Origin: Malacoraja senta
Lineage: Eukaryota
DNA: 64,000 nt
Direction of reading: 5' to 3'
NCBI GenBank assembly: GCA_038087875.1
Contig: CM075997.1
Span: 6,884,001 to 6,948,000, forward strand
Part shown: positions 51,590 to 64,000 of the stretch, in pieces
Layout: the number at the start of each line of letters is the position of its first letter
How positions within the stretch are numbered: position 1 is the first letter of the stretch
Notes under the pieces: generated by a model
Databases searched by the model: none
Told to the model about the DNA's origin: nothing
What the model saw: the letters and a program-made list of their open reading frames with translations, nothing else
Program-made: the position numbers and the translations under genes

Positions 51590-53872
51590 ATGGAGTTAGT
51601 GCTCATTACATATGTGATTAATTATGGATACTGTAAATTAATTAAAAATGTCATAGTTAGGGACTCGTTGGGAACAAGTGACCACAATATGGTCGAATTC
51701 CATATTCAAATAGAAGGAGAGCAGGTTGAAACTCAGGCTAGGGTACTTAGTCTAAATAAAGGGGATTATGAAGGTATGAGGACTGAGCTGATCAAAGTTG
51801 ACTGGGATAGCAGACTCAAGAATAAGACGGTACATGAGCAGTGGTGTACGTTTAAGGATCTACTGTATAACCTTCAAGAAAAATTTATTCCTATGAAGAA
51901 AAAAAGGGGTAAGGGAAAGAACAGTCAGCCATGGCTCAGTAAAACTATAAAGGATAGTATTCGGCTGAAGGCAAGGGCATATAAGGTAGCTAGAGATAGT
52001 GGGAGGGTAGAGGATTGGGAAGCATTTAAAGGTCAGCAAAAAATAACTAAGAGATTAATTAAGACGGGGAAAATAGACTATGAAAGGAATTTAGCGAACA
52101 ACATAAAAACTAATAGTAAGAGTTTTTATAGCTATATAAAAAGAAAAAGGGTGGCTAAGGTGAACGTTGGTCCATTGGAGGGTGAGACTGGAGAGTTGTT
52201 GGTGGGGAACATGGAAATGGCAAAGGCATTAAACGAGTATTTTGTATCAGTCTTCACCATAGAAGACACAAAAAATATTCCAACGCTGGATAAACAGGGG
52301 GCGGTAGGAATGGAGGAGCTAAATACTATTAAGATCACCAAGGAGGTGGTATTAGGGAAATTAATGAGACTGAAGGAGGATAAATCCCCTGGGCCTGATG
52401 GATTACATCCAAGGGTCTTGAGGGAGATAGCGGTGGGGATTGTGGATGCATTGGTGATAATTTTCCAAAACTCCCTGGAGGCAGGAACGGTCCCAGTGGA
52501 TTGGAAAATGGCCAATGTAACACCTATATTTAAAAAAGGAAGTAAACAGAAGGCGGGTAACTATAGACCGGTTAGTCTAACATCGGTGGTGGGTAAAATG
52601 TTAGAGACAATTATTAAAGAAACACTAACGGGGCACTTGGATAAACATGACTTCATCGGACAGAACCAGCATGGTTTTGTGAAGGGGAAGTCCTGTTTAA
52701 CGAATCTGCTCGAATTCTTTGAGGAAGTAACAACCCGGGTGGATAAAGGGGAACCGGTGGATGTGGTATACTTGGACTTCCAAAAGGCTTTTGACAAGGT
52801 GCCACATAAGAGACTATTGCTAAAAATAAAAAATTATGGGATTGGGGGTAATATATTAGCATGGGTAGAGGATTGGCTAACAAATAGGAAGCAGAGAGTG
52901 GGGATAAATGGTTCATACTCGGGATGGCAACCGGTAACTAGCGGGGTTCCGCAAGGGTCGGTGCTGGGACCCCAGTTGTTCACAATTTATATAAATGATT
53001 TGGAGGAGGGAACCAAGTGTAATATATCAAAATTTGCGGACGATACAAAAATGGGAGGAAAAGTAGGGGATGAGGAGGATAGGAAGAGTCTGCAAAAGGA
53101 TATAGATAAGCTAGGTGAGTGGGCAACAACTTGGCAGATGAAATTTAATACTAATAAATGTGAAGTCATTCACTTTGGGAAAAAAAATGATAGGGCAAGT
53201 TATTTTCTAAATGAGGTGGAGCTGCGTTGTAATGCAACGCAAAGGGATCTAGGGGTAGTAGTACATGAATCACTAAAAGTTAGTATGCAGGTGCAGCAAG
53301 CAATCAGGAAGGCCAATGGAGTTTTGGCCTTTATTGCTAGGGGGATTGAGTATAAAAACATGGAGGTCTTGCTGCAGCTGTACACAGTATTAGTGAGACC
53401 ACATTTGGAATACTGTGTACAGTTCTGGGGTCCATACTTAAGAAAGGATGTACTGGCCCTGGAGGCAGTGCAGCGAAGGTTTACAAGATTAATTCCTGCA
53501 ATGAGGGGATTGACATATGAGGAAAGGTTAAGTAGGCTGGAACTCTACTCTTTGGAGTTTAGAAGAATGAGAGGCGATCTCATTGAAACATATAAGATCG
53601 TGAGGGGCCTTGATCGGGTGGATGCACCGAGGATGTTCCCAATGATCGGGGAAACTAGAACTAGGGGACATAGTTGTAGAATAAGAGGGGGCTCTTTTAA
53701 AACTGAGATGAGGAAGAACTTCTTCACCCAGAGGGTGGTTAATTTATGGAATTCACTGCCCCAGGGAGCAGTGGAAGCAGAAACATTAAATATATTTAAA
53801 TCTAAAATAGATGGTTTTTTAGCTGCCAAGGGGATAAGGGGCTACGGGGAGAGGGCAGGGATATGGACCTAG
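51590..53872 (+). CDS. CR1 ORF2 reverse transcriptase ORF (760 aa; lacks nearly all of the endonuclease; first ~15 codons come from flanking DNA)
   Basis: SDHNMV, KSPGPDG, NYRPVSLTS, LDFQKAFDKV, GVPQGSVLGP, KFADDTK, DLGV. Confidence 0.85.
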   Translation: MELVLITYVINYGYCKLIKNVIVRDSLGTSDHNMVEFHIQIEGEQVETQARVLSLNKGDYEGMRTELIKVDWDSRLKNKTVHEQWCTFKDLLYNLQEKFIPMKKKRGKGKNSQPWLSKTIKDSIRLKARAYKVARDSGRVEDWEAFKGQQKITKRLIKTGKIDYERNLANNIKTNSKSFYSYIKRKRVAKVNVGPLEGETGELLVGNMEMAKALNEYFVSVFTIEDTKNIPTLDKQGAVGMEELNTIKITKEVVLGKLMRLKEDKSPGPDGLHPRVLREIAVGIVDALVIIFQNSLEAGTVPVDWKMANVTPIFKKGSKQKAGNYRPVSLTSVVGKMLETIIKETLTGHLDKHDFIGQNQHGFVKGKSCLTNLLEFFEEVTTRVDKGEPVDVVYLDFQKAFDKVPHKRLLLKIKNYGIGGNILAWVEDWLTNRKQRVGINGSYSGWQPVTSGVPQGSVLGPQLFTIYINDLEEGTKCNISKFADDTKMGGKVGDEEDRKSLQKDIDKLGEWATTWQMKFNTNKCEVIHFGKKNDRASYFLNEVELRCNATQRDLGVVVHESLKVSMQVQQAIRKANGVLAFIARGIEYKNMEVLLQLYTVLVRPHLEYCVQFWGPYLRKDVLALEAVQRRFTRLIPAMRGLTYEERLSRLELYSLEFRRMRGDLIETYKIVRGLDRVDAPRMFPMIGETRTRGHSCRIRGGSFKTEMRKNFFTQRVVNLWNSLPQGAVEAETLNIFKSKIDGFLAAKGIRGYGERAGIWT

Positions 53873-54213
53873 GTATGGTTAGTATAGTAAGACCTGAGTG
53901 ATCTCCTGGACAAGTGTCGATCGCCTGGATTGGGGTCGGAGAGGAATTTCCCGGATTTTTTTCCCGAATTGGACCTGGGTTTTTATCCGGTTTTTTGCCT
54001 CCCCCAGGAGATCACGCGGTTCTTGGGGTGGAGAGGGGTGATAGCGATATAAAGGGGAGGGTAGTGTCTTGTGTTCTGTGTCTTGTGTCTACTGTTTGTG
54101 GGTAAGGGTGTCTGTTTAGTGTTCAGCCATGAGCGAATGGCGGTGCGGGCTCGATGGGCCTGGTGGTCTACTCTCGCACCTACTTTCTATGTTTCTATGT
54201 TTCTATGTTTCTA
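51636..54213 (+). mobile_element. Young 5'-truncated CR1 LINE
   Basis: Uninterrupted frame to the stop at 53872, ~340-nt 3' UTR, (TTCTATGT)n tail, candidate TSD TGTA. Confidence 0.95.
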
Positions 54214-54884
54214 TGTACTTCAGTTAACCCTTTATAGTCAAACATTTGAACTAAAAAGAAGAGATTCTTTATTTTACATCATATCAAATGTAAAACATGC
54301 AATAAGATTTAATTAGATCATGTCACTTCTTATCCACTGACCACACTTATAATGTCATTGCTTATCCAGACCCATCTCTGTCTACACTGTCGTCACAGAC
54401 AGGTAATTTCTTTGAATGACCCATTCTCAGGATCTCTCACATAACAACCAGTTACCCAGTTCTGTCGCACACTGCTCAGATATATTTCACCAGTGACACC
54501 ATTGACAACATTTGCCTCGTGCTGAGCCACTGCAGATGATTGGACATGTTTGCAGGTTACCTCTCCATGGGTGACCATTGGACAGAACTGCTGTAGTAAT
54601 AATTTTAAAAAGTGTGATTAACCTGCTTTGTCTTGAAATGAATCAGTTCTACGATCCCAGGATAGAGATCCACGGACAAGTGAGCAATATCTTACTGCAC
54701 TATCTGTGCACACACCCTTCAGTTTTTGAGCCGTAGCTTCATAGAGTCTCACAGCATCTTCGGCCCAGCCAGCCAACACCGGCCAACATGTCTCATCCCC
54801 ATATTCATATAAACGTCCTGGCCATGCACCTGTCTAAATGTTCCTTAAAGTTTGCGATAGTACTTTTTGTTCGTTGCTTTATAT

Positions 54885-55815
54885 AGTTACAAGGAGAGAT
54901 AGCTGAAAGGATAGAAAATGTCTTCATGGAAGGAAGCAGAGGGTGATAGTTGCTTCTCGGACTGTTGGCCTGTGGCTGTATTCAGAGCTGGGCCCGTTAC
55001 TGTCTGTCATCTACATCAATGATATGGATGAGAACATACAGAGCAAGATAAGTAAGTTTTCAGATAATACAAATGTGGATGGTTGTGCAGATTGTGACGA
55101 TGATTGTGACTAATTGCCGCAGGATCTTGATCGATTGGCCAAGTGTGCTGAGAAATGGTTGATGGAATTTAATGCAGAGAAATGTGAGGTATTGCATTGT
55201 GGGAAGTCTAACATGGGCAGTACCAACACAGTGAATGGCCGGGCACTATGTATAAGTTGTATAAGACCTCAGTCAGGCCGCATTTGGAGTATTGTGTTCC
55301 GTTCTGGGTACTGTGTTACTAGAAAGATTGTGCAAACTGGAAACTTTAGAGACATTTATAGGTATGTAGCCAGGGCCTGGCATATAGGGTGCGGTTGAGT
55401 AGGCAAGGATCCTATTCCTTGCTGCGCAGAAGAAAGAAGAGTGATCTTATAAAGGTGTACAAGATCATGAGAGGAATATATCGGTTAGAAGCACAGATTC
55501 TCTTGCCCTGAATAGAAGAATCGATGTGCAGAGGACACAGGTTTAAGGTGAAGGGGAAAAGATTTAATATAAATCTGACGGCTACCTTTTTCCCACAAAG
55601 GGTGCTGGGTGTGTGGAACAAGATGCCAGAGGAGGTTGTTGAGGCAGGGACTTTCCCAACATTTATGATACAGTTAGATAGGTATGTGAATAGGACAGGT
55701 TTGGAGGGATATGGACCAAATGCAGGTAGGAGGGACTAGTGTAAATGGGGCATGTTGGCCAGTGTGGGCGTTGGGCCGAAAGGCCTGTTTCCACACCGTA
55801 TCACTCTATGACTGT
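54885..55815 (+). mobile_element. Degenerate CR1 fragment
   Basis: QDLDRLAKCAEKWLMEFN, RGHRFK, CR1 tail. Confidence 0.75.
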
Positions 55816-56016
55816 GAGTACCGGGCTGATCTATCTCCTCTTGCAGCTCCTATCACACACCCACCACCCTTTGTGTGAAATGTGACTCCTCAGGTTCCGA
55901 TTCAATCTTCTCCCCTCATCGTAAACCTGTCGCCAGGATCTTGAGTCCCCAACTCTATGCGTTGATCCGATCTATAATCTCTTATTATTTCAATCGCCAC
56001 TAAAAGATCATCCCTC

Positions 56017-56400
56017 ATAGAAACATAGAAACATAGAAAATAAGTGCAGGAATATGCCATTCGGCACTTCGAGCCTGCACCACCATTCAATATGATCATG
56101 GCTGATCATCCAACTCAGTATCCTGTACCTGCCTTCTCTCCATGCCCCCTGATCCCTTTAGCCACAAGAGCCACATCTAAACTCCCTCTTAAATATAGCC
56201 AATGAACTGGCCTCAACTGCCTTGTGTGGCAGATAATTTCACAGATTCACCAATCTCTGTGTGAAAAATGTTTTTCTCATCTCGGTCCTGAATGACTACC
56301 CCCATATCCTTAAACTGTGACCCCGTGTTCTGGACTTCCCCAACATCGGGAACAATCTTCCTGCATATATGCTGTCCAACCCCTTAAGAATTTTGTAAGT
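56017..56400 (-). mobile_element. CR1 3' end
   Basis: (CATAGAAA)n tail; TRGHSLRI. Confidence 0.8.
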
Positions 56401-56899
56401 AGTCCTGTGCACCCAGGATGGGCAGGTGTTCCACACCAAAGGTGGAGCAATCTTTACATAAGAAATGGTGGGGGCAGATACCATCACAGCAAATACGCAG
56501 CATTTGGACAGTTGTTTTTCTCGGATAGGAATGGTGGGAAATAGGACAAATACAAGTGAATGAGATCACCATAGATAGGCTCTTCGGTCTGCATGGCAAG
56601 TCGGGCCGAAAGGCCTGTTTCCTACCCATTTGACACACCACTGGAGTCACTGGTTCTGTAATCTCTAATGTGTTCTCTCATCGGCCTCCCCAGTTGTAGC
56701 CACAAAGCAGTCACATCACTGACTGCACAACAGTGGTGATACTGTATTGGGTGGTGGTGTCATTAACAACAGAGGCGCATCGATCATCTCCCTCGCAAGT
56801 GTCCAACAGGTGCTTCACTGTCCTCAAACAAACTCTAGCCTAGAAATCTAAGGAATTAAACATCAATAGGTGTGGAATTTTCTCAAAGCCGCAGATTAA

Positions 56900-58022
56900 A
56901 CACAAAATGTTATAACTGCCCATCATTTACGTTGGCCATTTTAATATGGCCATGATTATTGAAGTGTTTCTTTCAGATTGCATGTGTACCAGACAGACAT
57001 AGCAGGAACGGAGAAATGTTCTCTTGAATTAATTGATAAATAGGCACAGAAATATAGACTGTGTGTGAGAGCTGTCTCTAAATTCACTGGCATTTAGAAG
57101 GAAGAGAATATGTATCTCTTCCTTCTAAACCAGGGGTTTACAGTTTAACAATAAGGGGTAGGCCATTTCGCACTATGATGAGGAAAATATTTTTCACCCA
57201 GAGAGTTGTGAGTCTGTGGAACTCTCTGCCACAGAAGGTGGTGGAGGCCAATTCGCTGAATGTTTTCAAGAGAGAGTTAGATAGAGCTCTTATGGCTAAT
57301 GGAATAATGGGATATGGGGAGAAATTAGGAACGGGGTATTGATTTAGGATGATCAGCCATACTTATATTGAATGGCTCAAAGGGCCGAATGGCCACCTGC
57401 TGCACCTATTACCTATGTTTCTATGTGGCTAAACCACTGTGGACAGCCCAGACAGGCGAGTTGGTCATTAACACTCAGACCGACCTTGCTGCCTGATCTG
57501 GGGGTTTAAATTCACAGCTACCTGTCGACATGTTTTAAGTAGTTCACGATAAAATAAAGTGCAGATTGAACAGAGCTCCGCATTGCGCTCATCGGCTGGA
57601 ACTAATATGCCACACTGGGTGAAACGCACAGCACAGTTACTAATCTCCCCCTTTCTCAGATCTAAAGCTGCATTTTATTTTTTTCAGCATTTTGTGATTT
57701 TCTTTCAATTTTATCCCGGAGCAGGCAATTAGCATTTCGAACCATTGTTAATTAAGATGAAAATAACAAATGAATGTATCCTCACCTGCCGTGTTTAGCA
57801 ACGTGGATAGAACAACAAGATGGAGTTAGTGCTCATGACAGATGTGATTAATTATGCATACTGAGCTTCAGATAACCCTTCATAGTCAAACATTTGAAAT
57901 AAAAAAGGATTCTTTATTTTACATCATATCAAATGTAAAACATAGCAATTAGATTTAATGAGATAATGTAACTGCTTATCCAGACACATCACTGACCACA
58001 CTGATAATGTCACTGCTTACCC
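56900..58022 (+). repeat. Direct segmental duplicate of 51020-51635 plus 54218-54370, with its own CR1 tail insertion (57083-57426)
   Basis: Shared blocks such as CTCTTGAATTAATTGATAAATA and ACAACAAGATGGAGTTAGTGCTCAT. Confidence 0.85.
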
Positions 58023-59250
58023 AGAGAGAGAGAGGAGTGTGGGCGCAGGAGGGGAGAAGGAGGAGTGTGGAGAGAAAGGGAGGTGTGAGGAGAGAGGGGG
58101 AGGAATGAGGGAGTTGTACGGAGGGAAAGGGGAGGAGTGTGGGGGTGCAGTGTGGGAAATGAGGGGGTGTGGGGAGAAAAAATGAATTGTGTGGGGAGAG
58201 AGGTAGTGGGGAGAGAGAGGGCAGGATGGGGAGCGAGGGGGATGCAGGGCGAGAGAGGGGAGTGAGTGCAGAATGACGGGGAGTAGTGTGGGGGAGAGAG
58301 AGGTGTTTTTTGAGGGACGGGCAGGGAGGAGTGTGAGAGAGTGGGAGGAAGGATTATGTGGATAGAGAGAGAGAGGAATGTGGGGGAGGAGGGGTGTCGT
58401 GGGGAGAGAGAGGGGCAGAGATGCGAGGAGTGGGGAGAGAGGGAGGAAGGATTGACTGGAAAGCGGGATGGAGGGGGAGGAGTGGGGGATAGAGAGAGGA
58501 GGTGGCTGGGGGAAGAGAAGAAAGAGTGTGTGGAGACGGAGAGGGAGTGTGAGAGGGAGGGGTAAAGATTGTAAGGAGAGGGGGAGGAATGAGGGGTGGA
58601 GTGGTGAGTGGAAGAGAGAGAAAGAAGGAGGTCGGGGAGAGCGAGCAAAGTATGTGGTGAGAGAGAGGACATTGTGTGGGGAGAGAGTGGGAGGAGTGTG
58701 GGGAGAGGGAGAGTTGGGTAGAGGGTGGGGATGAATGTAGGGAGCGATGGGTACAGTGGAAAGAGGGGCATGGCAGAGTGGGGAGAGGTGAAGGAGTGGA
58801 GAGCGTGTGGAGGAATGGGGAGAGAGGGGAGGGGAGAGAGAGGTGGAGGAGTGGGGGGAATGATGGGGAGTAATGTGGGGAAAAAGTGGATTGTGGATAG
58901 AGACAGGTGGTGTGTGGGGAGAGGGTGCGGAGTGATGGGAGAGGTGGAGGGAAGAGAGATGGCCGTTGGAGCGGGGAGAGAGAGGTAGAGAGGGTAGAGG
59001 GACGAGAAGTGGGGAGAGAGAGGGTGAGCTGTATGGGGAGAGAGAAATGCGGGCTGGGGAGAGAGAGGGTCGCTTTTGGGGGTGGGAGAGTGACGGAGGA
59101 GTGTGTGAGAGAAATGAGGAGGTGTGGGGGTAGAGAAGGGGAGGAGTGTCGAGAGGAAGGGTTTGATGATGGGAGAGAGGAAGAGGAGGAAGAGTAGTGG
59201 GAGGAAGAGATGAAGGAGTGGGGGGGAGAGTGTGGAGCAGTGTGGAGTGA
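58023..59250. repeat. GA-rich low-complexity tract
   Basis: Direct observation. Confidence 0.9.
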
Positions 59251-59254
59251 GCAA

Positions 59255-61380
59255 GTGACCTGCGGGTAGAATGAATGGCAATAAATTGGGCGTTGTCTGG
59301 TTAGCTGCCAGTGACTAGCGCAGTTCGGCAGGGGTCGATGTTGGGGGCCGCTACTCTTCACGTTGTGTATTAATGATTTGGACGAGGGCATTTAAGGCTT
59401 TGTGGCCAGGTTTACGGGTAGCAAATTTGCTCCAAAAATGGAAGCAGAGGATGATCGTGTAAGGTTGATTCTCGTACTGGAGGTCTGTGACTTGTGGTGT
59501 GCTTCAGGGTTCGGTGGATGGCCCTTTACTGTTTGTCATCTACATCGATGATTTGGATGAGAACATACAGGGCAAGATTTGCAAGTTTGCTGATGACGCA
59601 GAAGTGGGTGGTTTTACATTAAGTGAAGATAGTTGTGAAAGGTTGCAGCTGGATCTGGATCGATTGACCAGGTGGGCAGAGGAATGGGTGATGGAATTTA
59701 AATTAGACAAGTGTGAGGTGTTGCATTTTCGGAAGTTTAATAAGGGCCGAACCTACACATTGAATGGTAGGCCTCTTTGGAGTGTTGCAGAGCAGAGGAA
59801 TCTAGGAGTACAGGTGCGTGGTTCTTTGCAGGTCGAGTCACAGGCAGATAAAGTGGTCAAAAAAGTTGTTGGCACTTTGGCCTTCATCTGTCAGAGTATA
59901 CAGTTTAGAAGTTGAGAGGTCATGTTGCAGTTGTATAAGACGTTGGTGAGACCTTATTTAGAATATTGTGTTCAATCCTGGGCAGAATGTTATTGGAAAA
60001 ATATTGTCAAGCTTGAGAGGGTTCAGAGAATATTCACGAGGATGTTGCCAGGACTAGAGGGTGTGAGCTATGGAAGAGGTTGAGTAGGCTGGGTCTCCAT
60101 TCCTTGGAGCACAGGAGGATGAGTGGTGATCTTATAGAGGTGTATAAAATCATGACAGGAATTGATCGGGTAGTTGCATATCCTCTTTCCCAGAGTCAGG
60201 GAATTGAGTACCAGAGGACACAGGTTCAAGGGGAACAGATGTTATAGGAGTCTGAGGGGTTATTTTTCACACAATCTTCCAGATGATGGAGTTGAAGCTG
60301 GGACTATTCCACCGTTTAAGGAACAGTTAGGCAGCTACATGGATAGGAGAGGTTTGGAGGGATATGGACCAATCGCAGGCTAATGGGACGTGCAGCTGGG
60401 ACATGTTGGCCGATGTGGGCAAGTTGGGCCGAAGGGCCTGTTTCCACGCTGTATCACTCTATGACTCTATGATACGAAAATAGGTGGATGGGTAGGTAGT
60501 GTTGAGAAAGCACGGTCTCTGCTTAAGGACTTGGACAGGTTGGGAGAGTTAGCAGAGAAGTGGTAGATGGAATGTAGTGCAGCAAAGTGTGAAGTCGTGC
60601 ATTTTGGTAGTAGGAATTAAGACATAGACTATTTTAAAAATGGGGAGAGAATCCAGAAATCGGAGCTGTAAATGGATGAGGGAGTGTTGATGGAGTATTG
60701 CCAAAAAGTTAAACTGCAAGTCGAACCGGTAGTAAAGAAAGCAAACTCATTGCCAGCATTTATTTCAAGGGGTCTTGGAAACAAAAACAGGGATGTAATA
60801 TTGAGGCTCTCTATGGCACTGATAAGGCCGTATTTGGAATATTGTGAGCAACTTTGCGAACCAGATGTGAGGAAGGTTGTGCTGGCTCTGGGAACGGTCC
60901 ACAGGAGGTTTGCTAGAATGATCCCAGGAATGAATATGTTAACCTATGATGAGCGTTTGTCGGCACTGGGCCTGAACTCGCTGGAGTTATGAAGAATGAG
61001 GAGACCTCATTGAAACATACAGAATAGTGAAATACTTGGATAGAGTGGATGTAGAGAGGATGTTTCCATTAGTGGGAGAGTCTGGGACTATTGGTCATGG
61101 CCTCAGAATTAAAGGACGTTGTTTTAGGAAGGAGATGAGCAGACATTTATTTACTCAGAGGGTGGTGAATCTGTGGAATTATTTGCACTGAAGGCTGTGG
61201 AGGCCAAGATACACAGAGGCCAAGATAACACAGAGCCATATAGATTTTCGATTAGTACAAGTGTCAGAGGTTATGGGAAGGCGGCAGGAGAATGGGGTTA
61301 GGAGGGAGAGATAGATCAGTTATGAGTGAATGGCGAAGTATTCTCGATAGGCCGAATGGCCAATTCATCATCTATTACTT
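59255..61380 (+). mobile_element. Nested degenerate CR1 fragments (at least two elements)
   Basis: GVLQGSV, KFADD, RPYLEYC motifs; tails at ~60470 and ~61350. Confidence 0.78.
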
Positions 61381-61389
61381 TGGACCTAA

Positions 61390-61990
61390 AGGCAATGAGG
61401 AGGAGGAATGGGGAGAGGGGGCGGTCTGTGGGGAGAGGGAGGGGGAGTGGTATGGGAATGGGAGGAGGGGGAGAAAGAGGACGGTGGAGTATGGGGAGAA
61501 ATGGGGGGAGTGTGGGGAGAATGAGGGGTAGGTGTGTGGGCAGAGGGGGACATGAGTGGGCAGAGGGGTGGCGTGTGTGAGCAGAGGGGGGCGTGTGTGG
61601 GCAGAGGGGGGCGTATGTGAGCAGAGGGGGGCGTGTGTGGGCAGAGGGCGGACGTGTGTGGGGAGAGGGGGGCGTGTGTGGGAAGAGAGAAGTGGAGGAC
61701 GGCGGATAGAGATAATGGGAGGGGAGGAGAGGAGAGTGTGTGGGGAGAAAGAAGGAGTATGGGGAAGGAGAGTGGGAGGAGAGTGGGGAGAGAAAGTGTG
61801 CGGCGAGAGAGGGGATGTGTGGGGGAGAGAGATTGGAATAGTGTGGTAAGACAGAGGGGAGTGTGGGGAGAGAGTGGGGAGCAATGTGGAGAGAGGGGAG
61901 GAGGTGGGTAGTTAGAGGGTCGGAGAAGTGGGGGTGAGAGGGGGAGGAGTACGGTGGGTTAGAATGGGAGGAGGGGGAGAGAATGAGCAG
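61390..61990. repeat. GA-rich tract with ~20-bp GCAGAGGGGGGCGTGTGTG minisatellite
   Basis: Direct observation. Confidence 0.85.
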
Positions 61991-62320
61991 TGTTTGGATT
62001 GACACATTATGTCTTATTCTTTCACTTTTATGCCGCAGAAAGTTATTCACTCATTTTACCCACTGCCTAATAAAATGAAAATAACAAATAGGATTCAGGG
62101 TCAATTCCTGTGGATTGGAGGATAGCTAATGTTATCCCACTTTTCAAGAAAGGAGCGAGAGAGAAAACGGGGAATTACAGACCAGTTAGCCTGACTTCAG
62201 TGGTGGGAATGATGCTGGAGTCAATTATTAAAGAGGTAATAATGGGGTATTTCGATAGCAGTAAAAGGATTAGTCCAAGTCAGCATAGATTTATGAAAGG
62301 AAAATCACGCTTGACTAATC

Positions 62321-62513
62321 CTAAAAAATGTGTTTCTTATTTTATTTTTGTGCTTTTGAAATTGAATTCTGTCCTTGATTTGTGTACTGTGGTATTTTTA
62401 TATTTAATTTATTCCGATTATGTGTTTTGCATTTTTGTGATTCTATGACTTGTAAGGTGTCCTTGGGTTTTAGAAAGGCGCCAGTAAATAAAATGAATTA
62501 TTATTATTATTAT
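62321..62513 (+). mobile_element. L2-type 3' tail insertion
   Basis: AATAAA and (TTA)n tail; TSD TAATC at 62316-62320 and 62514-62518. Confidence 0.75.
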
Positions 62514-62974
62514 TAATCTTCTGGAATTTTTTGAGGATGTGACAAGCAAAATGGATGAAGGGGAGCCAGTGGATGTAGTATTTCTAGACTTTCAGAAAGC
62601 CTTTGATAAGGTCCCGCATGGGAGACTGGTAACTAAAATTAGAGCACATGGTATTGTGGGTAGGGTGTTGACGTGGATAGAAAATTGGTTGGCAGACAGA
62701 AAGTAAAGAGTAGGATTGAACGGGTCCTTTTCAGAATGGCAGGCAGTGGCGAGCGGAGTGCCGCAAGGCTCGGTGTTGGGGCCGCAACTGTTTATACCAT
62801 ATATATGAATGAATTTGGAATAGGGAATTAGGAGCAACACTAGCAAGTTTGCGGATGACACAAAGCTGGGTGGCAGTGTGAACTACGAAGAGGATGTTAG
62901 GAGGTTGCACGGTGACCTGGATAGGTTGAGTGAGTGGGCAGATGCGTGGCAGATGCAGTAAAATATAAATATTT

Positions 62975-63829
62975 TATGACGCGGGCGCCGTCCTGTATGG
63001 GTATGGCTGCCCAGACTGCAGCTGTCCGTTTTCACACTTTTTTTTGTTTTTAGTGAGTTTCAGTGTTTTGTTTTTGGAGATCTAGTCTTTTTATTTGGGG
63101 GGTGGGGGTGGGGCGAAGGGGGGAACTACTTTTCAGTGTCCCGACCTGGCCGGAGAGGCAGCTTTTCTCCGGGCTGCACTTTCGACCCGTCGTCGCGGCC
63201 TACCAGCGGGCCTGGAGCGGCGTTTTATGAGGGGACCGCCCCGAACCTCGGCCTCGGCGGCGGCACAGCGCTGGACCGCTGTCGCGGAGCGGGCGATGCC
63301 TTGCCCGGGTCGCCGCGCTGGAACTCCGGTGAGCTGAGACCGCCGAGAAAAAACATCGCTGATCTGCGGGACTATGGAGCGGCCAGCCGCGGGCGGCGGC
63401 GCTGAACTCTACATCCGGTGCCTGGGATCTCTCGCCGAGATCGCCAGTGGTGGAGCTCCATCCAGCGCGGCCTGTTGGCTTCGGAAGCCGCAGTATCCAG
63501 TAAGGAAGGGGCCGTTCCAGTTTTCACATGCCGCTGAGAGGATTCTCCCGACGCCGGAGCACCATCACCCGGCGAGAAAGGCCTGGAACGTCGAGCCTTC
63601 GTAAAGGCGATTGCGGAGGCAATAATAGGCCCGACAATGGGTGGACATGGGATGGGGACTGGACTTTGTGCCTTCACTCATAATGGGAGCCATTGTGGGG
63701 GATGTTTTTTTATGTTTAAATCTCTTTATTATTGTATTGTCTGTATTCTTTTTGTTATGTGCCGCATTGTCAATAAGCATTTCACAACACCTATGGTGTA
63801 TGTGACCAATAAATAACCATTGAACCTTT
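62975..63829 (+). mobile_element. GC-rich non-autonomous retroelement inserted in CR1
   Basis: Interrupts the WQMQ-(K)CEV region of CR1; body similar to 26712-27050; tail TATGTGACCAATAAA. Confidence 0.7.
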
Positions 63830-64000
63830 TAATGTGAGGTTATGCACTTTGGTAGCAAAAACAAGGGGGCAGATTATGATCTAAATGGGGTTAGGTTAGG
63901 TAAGGGGAAGGTACAGTGAGACCTGGGTGTCCTTGTACACCAGTCACTGAAAGCTGGCGTGCAGGTACAGAAGGCAGTGAAGAAATCTCATGGAATGTTG

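Larger units (their letters stand above)
62090..64000 (+). mobile_element. CR1 RT region continuing past the window end, interrupted by two insertions
   Basis: DWRIANV, NYRPVSLTS, DFQKAFDKV, GVPQGSVLG, KFADDTK. Confidence 0.85.

Noticed and set aside
58010..59391. 423-aa and 345-aa minus-strand ORFs
   Set aside because: GA-rich low complexity that lacks stop codons by composition

Overview
Repeat-dense vertebrate genomic DNA, not prokaryotic. The repeat families (CR1, Rex1/Babar, L2, Tx1/L1, V-SINE, Penelope ends) and the GPCR type suggest a cartilaginous fish, probably a skate or ray (inference). One host gene is supported: an intact two-exon class A GPCR of the GPR139/GPR142-like type (join 43239..43314,45271..46178, + strand, 327 aa). 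Its single intron holds a ~1 kb foldback transposon whose two arms each encode a decayed THAP domain. The most structured region is 12.6-22.7 kb, a nest of LTR elements. A near-complete Mag-type Gypsy element (tRNA-Leu PBS, itself interrupted by an L1 with a 14-bp TSD) lies between two copies of the LTR+PBS+leader of an endogenous retrovirus (tRNA-Ser PBS, gag remnant, 53-bp hairpin array in the leader). Also present: a young 5'-truncated CR1 with an uninterrupted RT ORF, old local direct and inverted segmental duplications, Penelope-type hammerhead motifs, large compound microsatellites and a 200-N gap. Family assignments come from motif recognition by eye, with no database search. Boundaries of degenerate repeats are approximate.
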